Shown here: positions 15,839 to 34,517 of the stretch, piece after piece
How positions within the stretch are numbered: position 1 is the stretch's first letter
Layout of the letters: each line of letters begins with the position of its first letter
NCBI RefSeq assembly: GCF_009914755.1
Contig: NC_060925.1
DNA: 64,000 nucleotides
Origin: the human T2T-CHM13v2.0 reference genome, Homo sapiens
Direction: 5' to 3' (one strand)
Made by a program: the position numbers and the translations under genes
Notes under the pieces: generated by a model
The model's database searches: none
The model's input: only the letters and a program-made list of their open reading frames with translations
Told to the model about the DNA's origin: nothing

Positions 15839-16136
15839 TTTTTTTTTCAGAGTGTCTCGCTCTGTTGCCCAGTCTGGAGTGCAGTGGTGTGATCACAGCT
15901 CACTGCAGCCTCGAACTCCTGGCTTCAAGTGATCCTCCCACCCCAGTCTCCTGAGGAGCTAGGACTTCAGGTGCATGCCACCATGCCTGGCTAATTTTTA
16001 ATTTTTTTTTTTTTTGGTAGAGACAAAGTGTTGCTATGTTGTCGAGACTGGTCTGGAACTCCTGGAATCAAGCAATCCTCCTGCCTGGGCCTCCCAAAAT
16101 TCTGGGATTACAGGCATGAGCCACCACACCCAACCT
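15839..16136 (-). mobile_element. Alu (AluJ-type)
   Basis: Antisense Alu with TSD-like tgtatc(c/t)atcat. Confidence 0.88.
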
Positions 16137-18280
16137 GTATCTATCATTTTTAATCCTGGCAACAACCCTGCAAGGGAACTGTTATCCCTGAGGACCAGAG
16201 AGGTTAACAGATTTACCCAAAAACACACAGCTAGGAAATGGTAAGACCAGAAGTTAGGCCCATGTTTATAAAACTCCAAGGTCTGGATTCCCTCTACAAG
16301 GCCAGGAACCTGCTCAGGAAGCTGAGATGCATCAGGGTTTTCTTTTGCTTGTGTATGGTTAAGGCAGCATGCTACAAGGGAGCAAGGGTGGAGGGCTCCT
16401 AACCTGCTTCTATGTATTCTAGGTCCAGAGTTTTGATTCAATTAAGTACAGCCTCTACCCCATCCAGGTCTCTATATGTCACAGTGCCTAGAAGGATCTT
16501 TAACTCATGTAGAGGCCCACAATCTGGAGGAGAACAAATCAGGGTTGTCTCAGTCCTGAAAAGTCCAATCATCATTAAAAGGCCCATAGGCTGAGCAAGT
16601 AGTTCAGTTCAGTCTCTCCTGTGTGTCTTATAGAGCCTTGGAGGGGTGTGGGGTCTCCACTGTGCTCGATGAGGGCCTAGGTTGCTGAGTCTTGCACACC
16701 TGCTCTTAAGGGCAGTCCTTAGAGCATAAGTAGCCGTAGAGAGCAAAAGGCAGTCTAGTGTGGTAGAAGAGTAAGTCTCACAGCTGAGGCACCTGGGCTG
16801 GAACCTGGCTTGTCCAGCTGTGAACCTTTCCTAGGTTGGGGTTTCTTGGCCAAATCGCTTCCATCTCTCTATACCTCATATTTTCTATTTAAGAGTCATG
16901 AAGAATAAATTATACATATATTAAGGACCTTAGTGCCAGGCTCAGAGAAGGTCCCCAGTAAGTGTCAGCTTTTTCCCATTTATTTTCCTTCCCACAAACT
17001 AACTCAATCCTTTCAAGTTCTGACTCCAGAGGAAACAGAAAGGAGAGGCTGTAACTAAGCCCTTAGGTCTCAGGCAGCTGCACACATTCTATACACTTAG
17101 TGCAGTGGGGAAGGAAAAATGGGTGGGGTCTTTCTGTAGATTCCCCCCCTCCCATGAGATAATCTTTTATATCATTCACCTGGATACATAACATTAGGAC
17201 TTACATTCCTCTGGAGAGATTTTAAAAAATAAATGGCTTTCAAACATTTTATTTTGTGACCCAGTACATATTCAATAATGAATTCTATTTAATGATTTTA
17301 AAAATGATGCTCATTAACATACTGAAAAATTTACATATAATGGATCAAAGCAAAGATATGCAAAGTCACCCCAAAGAGGCATTATAGTTACCCGACCAGC
17401 CAAACCAGACTCTAACCTGATTAAAGATATTAATCTGAAAAACGTGTCCATGAGAGGGGCCCAGGCATCCCTGGCTGCAAAGATCAAGCGGCGCCTCAGA
17501 GAGAGGAGGTATCCAACCACCAGCAAGGGAGGAGTCATGTTCAACCAATTGTGGGCACTCCAAGCCCTGTGACAACTTTATTTTTACTGGAAAGTGACAT
17601 TCTGGTCTATCAGTCCCTGTGAAATTTCTTAATAGAGATCTGTCTCTGTTTTATTGATGAAAATCAGGTTTCTAAACTTGAAGGTCAGATGTTGGACCAG
17701 GCTTAATTCACTCAAGTAATGAATGCTACTTAAATGAGGCCTCCTAGGAGACTGCTGGCCTTTTCCAGTGAACACAGCCCTAACATCAAATGATGCGGCC
17801 TTGTGAGAGCTGTGTTTTTAACAAAAAATTCCAACTGTCACCATGTGTGTTTTTTAGTAATGCTAGTAAGGAACAGAATACTATCTTCTGGGGACACCTC
17901 CTCTGGGAAGACTTCCCCAATCCTCTCAGCTAGAACTATTCTCTCCCTGCTCTGGGCATCCCAGCACTCCTACAGTATCCTCAGTACGCAATGCTGTGAA
18001 ATTATGTAAGTAGATGCCTATCTTTCCTACTATACCACTAATGGCAAGGCCCTCATATGAGTCTTCTCTGTCCCTGGCCCACGCAACAGTTCTTAGCAAA
18101 GGTCAATAGAATAATGACTTTTTCACTGTGCATTTTCAAAACTAAGACAATAGAGACCTTTCTGGAAGTAAAAGGTACATCATAGATCCATGCATACAAG
18201 AAAAAAAGTATCTTAATGTATTTTTTTTTTCCAGCAGAACAGAGTAATTGAACACGGATTTTCAAGTCAGAATGCCTGGG

Positions 18281-19115
<835 letters not shown>

Positions 19116-19289
19116 TGCAATTATTATTTTCAAAAAGTGTCTATCCATAAGAAAGATTAGATGTTACCAAGAAGCAGAATCCACAGGTCAAGTATAGAAT
19201 GACAAGGTACTCTGCAACAGCACTGCAGAGTAAATGAATGGACTTAATAAAACTTGCTAACAAAAGAGACTTAGTTATCATCTACTCTA

Positions 19290-19455
19290 GTGGTTCTCAA
19301 AGTGAGGCCCCTGAGTCAACATCACCATCACCTGGGAACCTGTTAGAAATGTAAATTTGGGGGTCCAACTCTACAACCTACTGAATCAGAAATTCTGGGG
19401 CTAGAGTACAGCAATCTGTAGTTTGATACGCCCTCCAGGTGATCCTATTGCTTGC
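19290..19455. mobile_element. MER5A (hAT-Charlie)
   Basis: gtggttctcaaagtg...catcacctggga...tgttagaaatg...ctactgaatcagaa...ccctccaggtgat. Confidence 0.8.
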
Positions 19456-19879
19456 TACATTTTGTGTACTCCTTTCCCCTTACCACCTACATCTAATCAG
19501 ACCTCAAGGCCTGTTAATTCTCCTAAATCTTTCTCAAATTGGTCCCCTTCTCTCAGTCCCAGCCACAACCACATTTTCAGTTCTTACCATCTCACCTGCA
19601 TGACTGCAACAATCTTCCACCTGCTCTCCCTGCCTTACCTGATTTTCTTCTAAGGCAATTCCCCAAATCACCACCAATGAGATATTTCTTATAAACACAA
19701 ACACCTCAGTCTTTTGCTCACAAACCTACACTCTAGTCACACTGAGCTACTTCAAACTCTTCACAACTTACTTTGCCTCCCTTTTTATGTACTCTTGCCA
19801 GAGCCTTGTCAGTACTGATAAATTAGTTTTCATTTTTTCTAGCCTTTTGGTTTTAAATCTTGTATTTAAAACAAGGTTG

Positions 19880-20150
19880 GGCTGAGCCATAATCCCAGCA
19901 CTTTGGGTGGTTGAGGAGGGAGTATCACTTGAGTTCAAGGCCAGCCTGGGCAACACAGTGAGACCTCTATTTCTACTAAATAACTAACTAGGTCCAGTGG
20001 CATGCACTTATAGTCCTAGCTACTTGGGTGGCTGAGGCGGGAGGATCCCTTGAGCTCAGGAGTTCACAGTTACAGTGAGCTATGACTGTGCCACTGCACT
20101 CTAGCCTGGGCAACAGAATGTGACTCTGTCTCTACAAAAAAAGAAAAACT
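19880..20150 (+). mobile_element. Alu (AluJ-type)
   Basis: Diverged dimeric Alu. Confidence 0.85.
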
Positions 20151-21093
20151 AAAAGCAAGGCTGGCTACTCCCCCCATATACTTATCACTTATGATAACAC
20201 TAATAATCGTAAGTGCTTTCATGTGTCAGAAACTGTTCTAAACCCTCATACGAGTTAAATACAAGAATGAATGGGAAAATGTTTTATAAGATGCCATGTA
20301 TAATATAGGTTTATTCCATTAATCCTCAAGAACAGTGATTACATGGATTATTTCTTTTGTGACACTGCTCCTCTGACTACTCATCATTAACAGGAATACA
20401 GAGTAGTGGTTAAAACTCTGGAGCCCATCTCCTAGGTTCAAATTCCAGCTCTACCACTTACTAGCTGCATAACTGTGGCCTAGTTTGGGTTCCTCCTCTG
20501 TAAAATGGAGAAGATAATAGTACCTGTACCTTTCATGGTTACTATTGTGAGGATTAAATAAATTAATAGTAAAGCATTTAGGATCATGCCTGGAGCTTAA
20601 TAAATGTTATTTATTGTTATTTATGATGTCCTGTTCCTACCATTTCCTATAAGTAAATTTTTTTTTCACACAAAATAAAACAAAGCATGGTAAACTGAGA
20701 GTATCACACTTAGGACTAGACAGACCAGGTTCAGTTCCTGGCTCATCTTCTCATCAGCTGGATGATTTGAAGCACATTATTTTAAGGTTTTTGAGACTCA
20801 GTTTCTCCATTTCTAAAACAGGGGCTAACAACAATATCTACTACTTAGAGGTATTGTGAAGATTAAACAAGAAACAAGAAGACACACATAAAATGCCTAG
20901 TAGAGTGCTTCATATATAATGTACATTCAACAACCAACAGCTCTTTTCACTATTAGTAATACTGTGGTTGAATTTGCTTATTTAAAATAAATAATAAAAA
21001 GTTATCAAAGCTAAATCCTTTACAACAATCCTGTGAGTTAAGTACTGTGATGTACATTACATGAGGAAAATGAGGTTCAGGGAGGCGAAATAA

Positions 21094-22080
<987 letters not shown>

Positions 22081-22159
22081 ACAAATTCTTATGTTTTAGG
22101 CACTGTCTTTATGCATATACATTTCATTTCTTTCATAAAAGCACGACATGATAACCAAA

Positions 22160-24598
22160 AATAATAGTTTACATTTATTATTTATTCTATACCAGGTGCT
22201 GTCCCAAACCCTTTACATATATTAATCTGTGCTGATTGTATGTACCTACTCCTCCTTGGACACAGCATGGACATAATCAGAGAACCATGCAAAACTCAAT
22301 TGCAAATTGGATATATGGATGGGATTCTTTATTATTACTTAAAGTTTACTGTTCTCATAATTACAGGCTACAACTTAGAGGTTTGAAACTTTAAGAGAAA
22401 ATTCTATAAAGAGAGCTCAAATAAACATGAATCAGTATGTAGAAGACATTTAAAACTTTGTAAGTAGTGCCACTTAGCTCTGGGCAATACTTATCTGTCC
22501 TTTTCAAGCACAGGCCCTGGAGCCAGAGTCAACAACATAAAATACCACAAATGACTCTAAGACATTCATCCTACACAAGCGAGCACATATACATATATAT
22601 TTATATAATATATACATACTTTAATATTATGTTGGTCCACGGGGTATACACATTTTAACAAAAGATAAAAATCTATGTAATCCAGTTAAACATACATAAG
22701 ATTAGGATACATTTATTACATTGAAAGTTGGTGTTTATAAGTTATAGATATTTAATATTTGAGTTTAATTGAAAATTTTTTTGAAGCATTTAAACATTTG
22801 CTTATTTTCCCAGTGCAAAAGAAAGTTGTTCAAGTCAACTTACCTTTATCCTAAGGAGTAAGAGGAAGAAAATAAACAAAAATACCACCTATCACAACTC
22901 CCAGTCAAATTTTGCAGAAAATCCTTAGGTCACTGGATTCGTTTATCAAAATTAAGCCTTGTGATTATGATTCAGCCCTTGCTTCATATGTATGACTTTT
23001 ATGCAGAAATGTTTCTATTTACAAAGGTAGAAAAAAGTTAGCAGTGCAAGATAGTGGTTTAAAGTTTGTTTTAAACTGTAGGAGTCTAATTGTGTAATGG
23101 AAAGAAAACAAAACAAGCACCATTTCAAGAAGAAATGAATTGGATATTTTGGAATTTATTTATAGGCTAGGCAATAAGTTACTCAGATTAACACAGATCA
23201 ATACCACCTTGACTTGGTGACCCAGAGAATTCTAATTAGATTTTAGGTGCATTTTTCTTTATCTTGGTATTTAATACATCATCTAAGTCAGTAACCGTGT
23301 TAAACAAAATTAAAATGACAAGTTACAGCTTACTTCACAGTCTATTTCAAATTCAGCTTGTCCACTAGGTCAGTTTTACAGGAGATGGTCTTTTAACATG
23401 AAGAGGTCTGATAATCTGGCAGGTCTCTTCTCTCCCAATTAAAAAAACAAGAGTTTTTTTGCTAGCTTGACAATTTTATAGGTGAAAAACATGAAGTGAG
23501 TAAATAAACTAAACCACAAAGATGGACAAAAAGCAATATGATATAAAACACATCACTTTTTCTATTTGTATTCAGTGAAAGTTTTTACATTTCAAGTAAA
23601 TGAGCCTTCATTAAAAAAAAAAAAACAAATATATATGAAAAATTAAAGTACCTTCCAGTTCTAGCTTGCTGAAGTTTCTTCTGCAAAAGTACAAAAATTA
23701 ACCCACTAAGAACTAAACAGGACAGGGCCACGGCAAAGGCAGAATGGCTGCCATGTTAAGACTTTTGCTTGCCTTATACTGATGGGTATATTTTAGGTGA
23801 TAAATTTTCTCCACTATCTATCACTTAAAATGAACATTTTCTTACAAACTTTATTTGTAAGAAACTGATTTTTATTAATTAGCAAACACACTGAGAGGTA
23901 TCTGTTGATCTAAAATTCTCTAAATCCAGATAAATCTTTTTAAAAATTTATTTCACACATGAGGCTTTAATATTTTTAGTTAGGAAAAGATCGAATCTGA
24001 GGCTATAATGGTTCAACCTACAGCATCCCTTTTCCATAGTGGAGTAAATCTGTGCAAAATATTTTTCCTTATCTCTGAAAAACAAATTAAGTAGAGGAAA
24101 TTTAAAAATGCACTTTAGCCAATTTGCACCAATCATAAAAGAAATAAGATATTCTTTCCCTTACCCTCACTCAACCATTCCAATCAGGGGAGAATACTGC
24201 AAACTTTAAGAACCTCACTGGCTATCATCAGAATAACTACAGAACAGGGTAGTGCAGGGTGAAACTATTTCTCTATATTCCAGAAGGCAGAAGCTTGGGT
24301 GCTCTAGCTTTACAAGTAAAATAGCACAGGCAGGCAAAAGCTCACAGTAAATGTATACCAGAACAGGGGCCTAAGTGAAGGTGAATTTGTCTGACTGGGT
24401 TACGGCTTTTATAAGAAAAAAAAAAAAAGACGAATCTGTAATGAAGAAAAAAAAAAAATCCTAAAATTTTGTCACATTTACAGGAATCTCAAACCTTTTG
24501 TATTCCCATGCTCACAGGTAGTTTTGATACACATTGTAAATAGTTTCAGTATTCAGGAAGAAGAATACTATATTGTTGCCAAAGAACAAGAGAATTCT
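22160..24598 (-). other. EPS15: EPS15 3'UTR (~2.4 kb, AU-rich, Alu-free)
   Basis: Follows the stop codon. AATAAA hexamers on the minus strand at 23871, 23850, 23155, 22712, 22328, 22181 and 22174. The 3' end is inferred from the tandem distal hexamers and the start of repeat-derived sequence. Confidence 0.75.
22174..22186 (-). terminator. Tandem AATAAA poly(A) signals, probable distal EPS15 poly(A) site
   Basis: Plus-strand tttatt at 22174-22179 and 22181-22186. A T-rich minus-strand stretch follows downstream. Confidence 0.65.
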
Positions 24599-24745
24599 TC
24601 ATGCTTCTGATATCTCAGATTTGCTGAGTGCAATAGCCAGTTCTAAGTCTTCTTGTTCCTGCTGATTTAGTCGGGCAAGCCTCTGCTCTTCCTCTCTCTC
24701 ACTTTCCCTCTTGGCCCATTCGATCATATCTTCTTCAGAGGGATA
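24599..24745 (-). CDS. EPS15: EPS15 terminal coding exon: YPSEEDMIEWAKRESEREEEQRLARLNQQEQEDLELAIALSKSEISEA* (two ubiquitin-interacting motifs)
   Basis: Acceptor ggcAG (plus ct 24746-24747), 48 codons plus TGA. EDLELAIALSKSE is a canonical UIM. Confidence 0.98.
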   Translation of the reverse strand, partial: YPSEEDMIEWAKRESEREEEQRLARLNQQEQEDLELAIALSKSEISEA

Positions 24746-24995
24746 CTGCCATTTAAAAGATCGATGAACAAACGAATAAATAAATGAGTAAAGCAAGTAA
24801 AAAGAAGGAAAAATAGTTTTTACAAAAGGACACCTGAAGGACTCTGGAAATAGTCTGGTTACTTGTTAATTCTTTTTTTTTTCCCCCTGAAAACATGTTT
24901 AATATTAACCAGTTATTAAGCTATAGTTTAATTTAAAAAATTAATTCAATCTATAGATAGAAAGTCTATAAAACTAAATGTTAAAAATGCCACTA

Positions 24996-27987
<2,992 letters not shown>

Positions 27988-29071
27988 TGCATGCAGATTC
28001 TTGACTACCTCCCTTCTAACTAGAAACAGCTGCAGGAATAAAGCAATTGGTTGAATGGCCCAATGCTACACTGAGGAGGGAAATATTAGGCAGAGTTACC
28101 TGGCCACTAGATCTATTTCCAAAATCATCTCAAGGGCATAAGGTGATAAATAGAAGAAAATCTCTGTTTTATAGAACAGGCAATGATAACGAAGGTTATT
28201 TTGCCTGAAAAAACTGTGAAACTGAAAATTTGTTACCCGGTCTAAGAATTTTATTAAAAAATAACTTTTTTTACTGAATAATGATGGAATATATGACATT
28301 GCTTTATGTCTCTCTAGACTGATACCTCCATGGTTGGTTGCCCCATTTCTGTGATTTTATAGGCCCTGCTTATGCTGTTATCATGGCACCCTTCCACTGT
28401 TTCTACCGATCTTCCTATTTTAGACATCTCTGAAAGAACGCAGAGTAAACATGAGAAGTTAGTGAATTAGAGCCCTCCAAATAAAGATTGTTTAAATCCT
28501 GACAACCATTTATTTATTTATTTCATAAAACTGGCATTTACATTTTTAAAAAGCTACTGTGTAAGTTTAATAGTTTTACTTTCTATTCAAAGAATCTCTG
28601 GCTCTATCCTCTCATATAATATTTGCTGACTGGTCTCCAGAAATCATTAAAACTTTATACACAAACACACATACACAGCTGCAAATACACAAACTTATTA
28701 CTGGCATTATTCATCTAGTGGGCAGAGAGCAATGACTCTGTAATTGTTCATTAAATCACCATCACCCATAACCATCCACAAAATAATAACTGTTAGGATT
28801 TTACTTACATTACCAAGACTAAGAGAAAGATTTACAAAACAACTTGTGTATATGACAAGAACTGGGACTACTAAAATCATCTGTGCGATGGAACAACCGT
28901 AGAACTGTCAAAACAGGATCAAACAGAGGTTTTGCTTGGGGGAAGAATGAAAGATCATTTTTAGTATCTTGGTAAATTTAGTTAAAATGATGCAAACTTG
29001 GCAGACTCCAAAATAATCTCTGAAAACTCTTTAAAGATTTCTCCCCCAAACAGCTCATTCACAGTACTTAC

Positions 29072-29256
29072 AGCACTGAAGTTGGCAAAATTGCTTGGAT
29101 CAGCCTCTTTATTGGTAGTGGTAGTAGCAGAAGTGAATGGATCACAAAACATTTCAGGATCTTTTTCTTTGGGGCTATCGTTGCCTGGGAAAGGCTGAAA
29201 TGGATCATTCAGTTTAAAGGGATCAGGAGAATCCAATTTGTTGATGGATCTTTTCC
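29072..29256 (-). CDS. EPS15: EPS15 penultimate coding exon (~exon 24), 185 nt: (G)KRSINKLDSPDPFKLNDPFQPFPGNDSPKEKDPEMFCDPFTSATTTTNKEADPSNFANFSA
   Basis: Acceptor ttttgatccAG and donor GTAAGT. Phase 1 to 0. Overlaps ORF 28982..29236 and contains DPF repeats. Confidence 0.97.
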
Positions 29257-30864
29257 CTGGATCAAAATCATTACAATTAATTCAACCAGTAAATACAGCA
29301 AATACAAGCACACAAGAACATGTACACAGATAGCATTAAAGTACTGTGGGTAGAGGATGATTGAGTACCTAAAACACATTCTGAATATTGTCTTAAATAG
29401 CTACACCAACAATTTGTCCTCAAATTCTTCACACATGATCTCTCAAATAGATTCCAGCTATGTGCAGCTAATGAAACAAATAGCAAAGTAAGGATGGGCC
29501 AGGAATCATATTTTTGTCCAAAGACTGAATCCCACCATCCCCTAGCCACACCCAAGCAGCATGTTCCCAAAAGGAGAGACGAATGGATTAAACAGAAGGA
29601 GAATAATAAAGAATAAAGACAGAAATGGCCTGCCTCTGCTGTTACAGCCCTCAGCCTGATAACAGTTATCCACTAGTGGCAGTAAGAGCAAATGACCTCT
29701 GAAAACTGGGAAAATTCTTCTGATTTTTCTCTAGTTCTACATACAATACCTAAGAGCATAAAATTTTTAAATTACCGTAGTAAAATGCTGCCAATTTTTT
29801 GTTATTTACTGTATTTCAAAATGAAGAAAAAATGTTTTGAAGCCCAGGGCCTAAATCTTTGCGGTTGCTGATCAAATAATCTCTGACCAAACAATAGTAT
29901 TCTGTCCTATTAGTCACTCACTAATTCATTACCATTTTCAAACAAGTTCTCTAAGTCTTACTTAAACTTAGTACTTCTTGAAGAAAAGATAATAAAAATA
30001 GGGGTCAAAATATCTCCAAATATATTTTTTTCCTAAAATGCATAAGCTGGTAATAGCAATCATAACAACAGATTCCATCACTGTAGCTGCTTAGAAAAGA
30101 TGCTCATATCTCAATGGATTCTTCCAATAATCCTGTGAAAGTAGGCAAAATTAGAATTACTGCCAACATTTAATAGCCAAGGGTCAGATATATGAAATTA
30201 TACACTTAAGATCATAGTTAGTCAGGGAACATCCAGAAACAGAACCCAGATATTTAGACTCCCAGTTTAGTGCTCTTTCCAACAAACCAGTCTTTTCCTT
30301 AATCTTTTTACAATGATATACAATTACTTGGATGAAGATTCTTAGATTGAGCAAAAACACTAGCATATTATTTTACTTAAGATTTAAAAAAACAACCTCA
30401 CTATTGGCATCATGCAAGTTGTAAAAACTTAAATGTGCAAATTAACCATTATTTATTTTTAAATATATTCTGATAACCTCACTTCTAGAAATATATGACA
30501 TAAGCTACCTTTCCTTAGAAGGAATCACTTAACTCATTTACCTGATTTTTCAACAGATTATCGGATATTTACAATTGTACATGCAATTCTTTCAGTCAAA
30601 GAAAAAAAACCTATCTGCTCAAGACCATGGAAAGGTTATGATGAAAAGGCAATATTAATCTGTAACTACTGAGACTGAAAATTTCCCAAGGAATGAGGTA
30701 TGATTTAAAAAAAAATATACTAAGATGTGTCTTCTCACATAATACCCCAACAGCACTACAACTACTCAAGGAATTATCCTTTTAGCCACTTATTATGACC
30801 TAAAAACAAAACAAACTTTCCTTTGTATAGTGCTAAACATATACATACACACACATACTAATTA

Positions 30865-31230
<366 letters not shown>

Positions 31231-31765
31231 TTAGCTAAAATACCATTTTCCTTCAAGAAAACCAATACTTTGTTTCAAATCACTGTATTGCTGAATTCTG
31301 GATACTAAAGAGGCCATATATTCTCACATTAAAGGATTTAAGGAAGACTTTATACTTTACAGGAAAAGGACTTTGAAACAATCTTCTCTTAAATAAATTA
31401 TAATTAAAACACCAAAGTACAGGAAACTGCTATTCAAATGGATAATCAATGAGTTTCCAAAAGGCAAAAAGATTTTCTTGACACTTTCCCTTTTCCATTG
31501 ATTGCCTCTCTGAAATGATTAAGTTAAAAAAAAGAAAAGAAAAAAGGTCTTAGCAGAAAGACAGCTCATGAAATTTATACATGCTGACTTCTTAAGTGCA
31601 TGTCTGTAATTCAGCAGTTAGGTCAGAATGAATGACAGCAGCAGGCTTCTGACATATGTTTGACTTGTTTCACTTAAAGCCATTTATATAAGTAAGTTCC
31701 GCACAATACTTTTCAGAAAGAGAAAAGCCATGCAGTTGACTGAAGAAAAGTACCAACTCTCATAC

Positions 31766-31928
31766 CAGGTGGTAGAGGGCAGGGTCTTGTTGGAGTTCCG
31801 ATCTTTGGTGGCAGTGCTGGGGGTTCATCTTCACTTTTGACCGATGTTTCCTCAAATACATTTTTTGTAATCACTACGTTGCTGACAGAGCTCGATGTGG
31901 CTGAACGAAAAGGATCTTCATTGTTGAC
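31766..31928 (-). CDS. EPS15: EPS15 coding exon (~exon 23), 163 nt: VNNEDPFRSATSSSVSNVVITKNVFEETSVKSEDEPPALPPKIGTPTRPCPLPP+G
   Basis: Acceptor ...tttttaaacaaAG and donor GTATGA. Phase 0 to 1. Contains the PALPPK SH3-binding motif. Confidence 0.97.
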
Positions 31929-32400
31929 CTTTGTTTAAAAAGAAATGGTTATACATGGCTATACCAAGCAAATTGTGGTAGTCATGTAGCATTCAGAATA
32001 ATGATTTCAGTATTATACAGTTTTATTTATTTTAATTCTGAGAACACTGAAATTTTAACCTTTGCATTCAGGGTCCAATGGGAGAAATTTCTGAAAAAAA
32101 AGTTATTCTATATGAGGAGTGATTCTAACATCATTACTTATTAAGATTAACAGATCAAACCAAAAACAGCTCAATCTAGATTAAAGGTTTGTCAAGCTTC
32201 AGGAAATATTCAATGCAAAAACCACCTGAGGCCCATTTTAAAGGGACTGTATGCCTTTCCGCAAACGAATATCTGATCTAAATGGTAATCAAAGGAAAAA
32301 AAATGGATTCCATACGTCCTAATGAACTTAAATATAAGATTTAATACTAATGCAAGGAAAATGGCATCTTGACAAACTATAAGGACAACTTGAAAGTCAA

Positions 32401-33036
<636 letters not shown>

Positions 33037-33139
33037 TGATAAATCTTAATGTGTGTCTGAAGACCCTTTCAAATATGTAACAAAAGATTAACTTTTCTAT
33101 AATGAATCAGACTTCACAATTTTACATTTATTTAGGTAA

Positions 33140-33335
33140 TGCTCAACATTGACATTTCAGGCTGGACGTAATTGCATATTGTGGGGGGCTAGAGAGTGGA
33201 CTGTATTAAATAGCATCCCTCATCTCTATCCACTAGATGTAAGTAGCATCTCCTATTCAATTGTGAAAACCAAAAAGGTCTCTAGACATTGCCAAATGTT
33301 CCTCTGGTGGCAAAATAACCCTCAGTTGAGAACCA
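33140..33335. mobile_element. MER20 (hAT-Charlie)
   Basis: agcatccct...ccactagatg...aaccaaaaaggtctctagacattgccaaatg...gttgagaacca. Confidence 0.8.
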
Positions 33336-33853
33336 AGGAACCAACAATCTAATCCTCCTTTTCTCTTAGCCCGAATCAATATCACAGCCACAGTGGAAAG
33401 TAAATAGTGGACATTTAGTACTGGACTTTGTGTATTAATTACCTTAATACTGGCCCTAACAACCTCAGAACATAAAATCAAGTAACCAATACAGAGAGGA
33501 CGAAATAAAAAACCAGATTTTACACCTATTGACCCAGACAGTCAACAGGGGGAAAATGTGGTTCAATTGGGAGAAACATGTTTAAAAAGACAGAAGACTA
33601 AATATGAAGTTGTTAAGCAAACATGCCAACAGAAAATTATAATTACCTCTACCATCAATACAGTCTAGTTATATAAAGAAATATGTCTACTTTAACTATA
33701 TGTTATCTTTCATTTCTATCTGAAATCAACATTTGCTGTGATTTACTGAAATCAAGTTGCAACTTTGTGAGAGGACTATATAATTGAAAGGAGGATTGTT
33801 CTTTTGGTGGAAACACAGTATGTTTTCCCTTCCCATTAATTACTGTAGATTAC

Positions 33854-33930
33854 CTTTGACAATGTGCTGAAGTCAGCAAATCCACCTCCAAATGATTCAT
33901 TCCCAAAAACAGAAGCAAAGGGGTCTGTGG
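33854..33930 (-). CDS. EPS15: EPS15 coding exon (~exon 22), 77 nt: (A)TDPFASVFGNESFGGGFADFSTLSK
   Basis: Acceptor ttttcttTATTCATTTTAG and donor GTAATC. Phase 1 to 0. DPF and FxxF adaptor-ear-binding motifs. Confidence 0.96.
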
Positions 33931-33973
33931 CTAAAATGAATAAAGAAAATAAATGAAACAGGACAGTAAGACA

Positions 33974-34268
33974 TTTTTTTTTTTTGAGACAGAGTCTCAC
34001 TCTGTCCACCCAGCCTCAAGAGCAGTGGTACGATCATGGCTCACTGCAGCCTCAATCTCCCAGGCTCAAGTGATCCTCCCACCTCAGCCTCCTGAGTAGC
34101 TGGGACTACGGGTATGCACCACCATGCCTGACTAATTTTTGTGTTTTTTGTAGATATGGGGTTTTGCCATGTTGTCCAGGCTGATCCCAAACTCCTGGGT
34201 TCAAGTGATCCTCCTGCCTCAGCCTCCCAGAGTGCTGGAATTATAGGCATGAGCCACCAAACCCAGCC
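33974..34268 (-). mobile_element. Alu (AluJ-type) ending ~43 nt upstream of an EPS15 acceptor
   Basis: Antisense Alu on the plus strand. Confidence 0.9.
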
Positions 34269-34430
34269 AAGGCATCAAATTTCATGTTTTCTTTTGGTTA
34301 ATCACATTCAGACAGTTGAAAACATACAATCTCAAATATTAATTCCTGAATTTATGACTGACACCCACAAAGACAGACTGTATACTGATAACCCCACAAG
34401 ATGTATTCCTTTGTATAAATCAACTGATGA

Positions 34431-34517
34431 ATGATTTATAGGTAAAGTAATAGCAAATAAAGTAATGATTTATAGGTAAAGTACAGGTAAAGGAACAACT
34501 AGATGATTTATAGGTAA
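34431..34517. repeat. Three interspaced copies of atgatttataggtaa
   Basis: Copies at 34431, 34465 and 34503. Confidence 0.9.

Noticed and set aside
17317-17572. Stop-free plus-strand frame in unique intergenic DNA (includes MRGAQASLAAKIKRRLRERRYPTTSKGGVMFNQLWALQAL)
   Set aside because: No recognisable homology, promoter or splice structure, and the length is compatible with chance. It would need Ribo-seq or conservation evidence.
29670-29684. CTCF-like ccactagtggcag palindrome
   Set aside because: One base short of the CTCF core spacing; cannot be supported without ChIP data.
34431-34517. CRISPR-like repeat-spacer layout
   Set aside because: Only three short non-palindromic repeats in a mammalian intron, with no cas genes; local duplication explains it.
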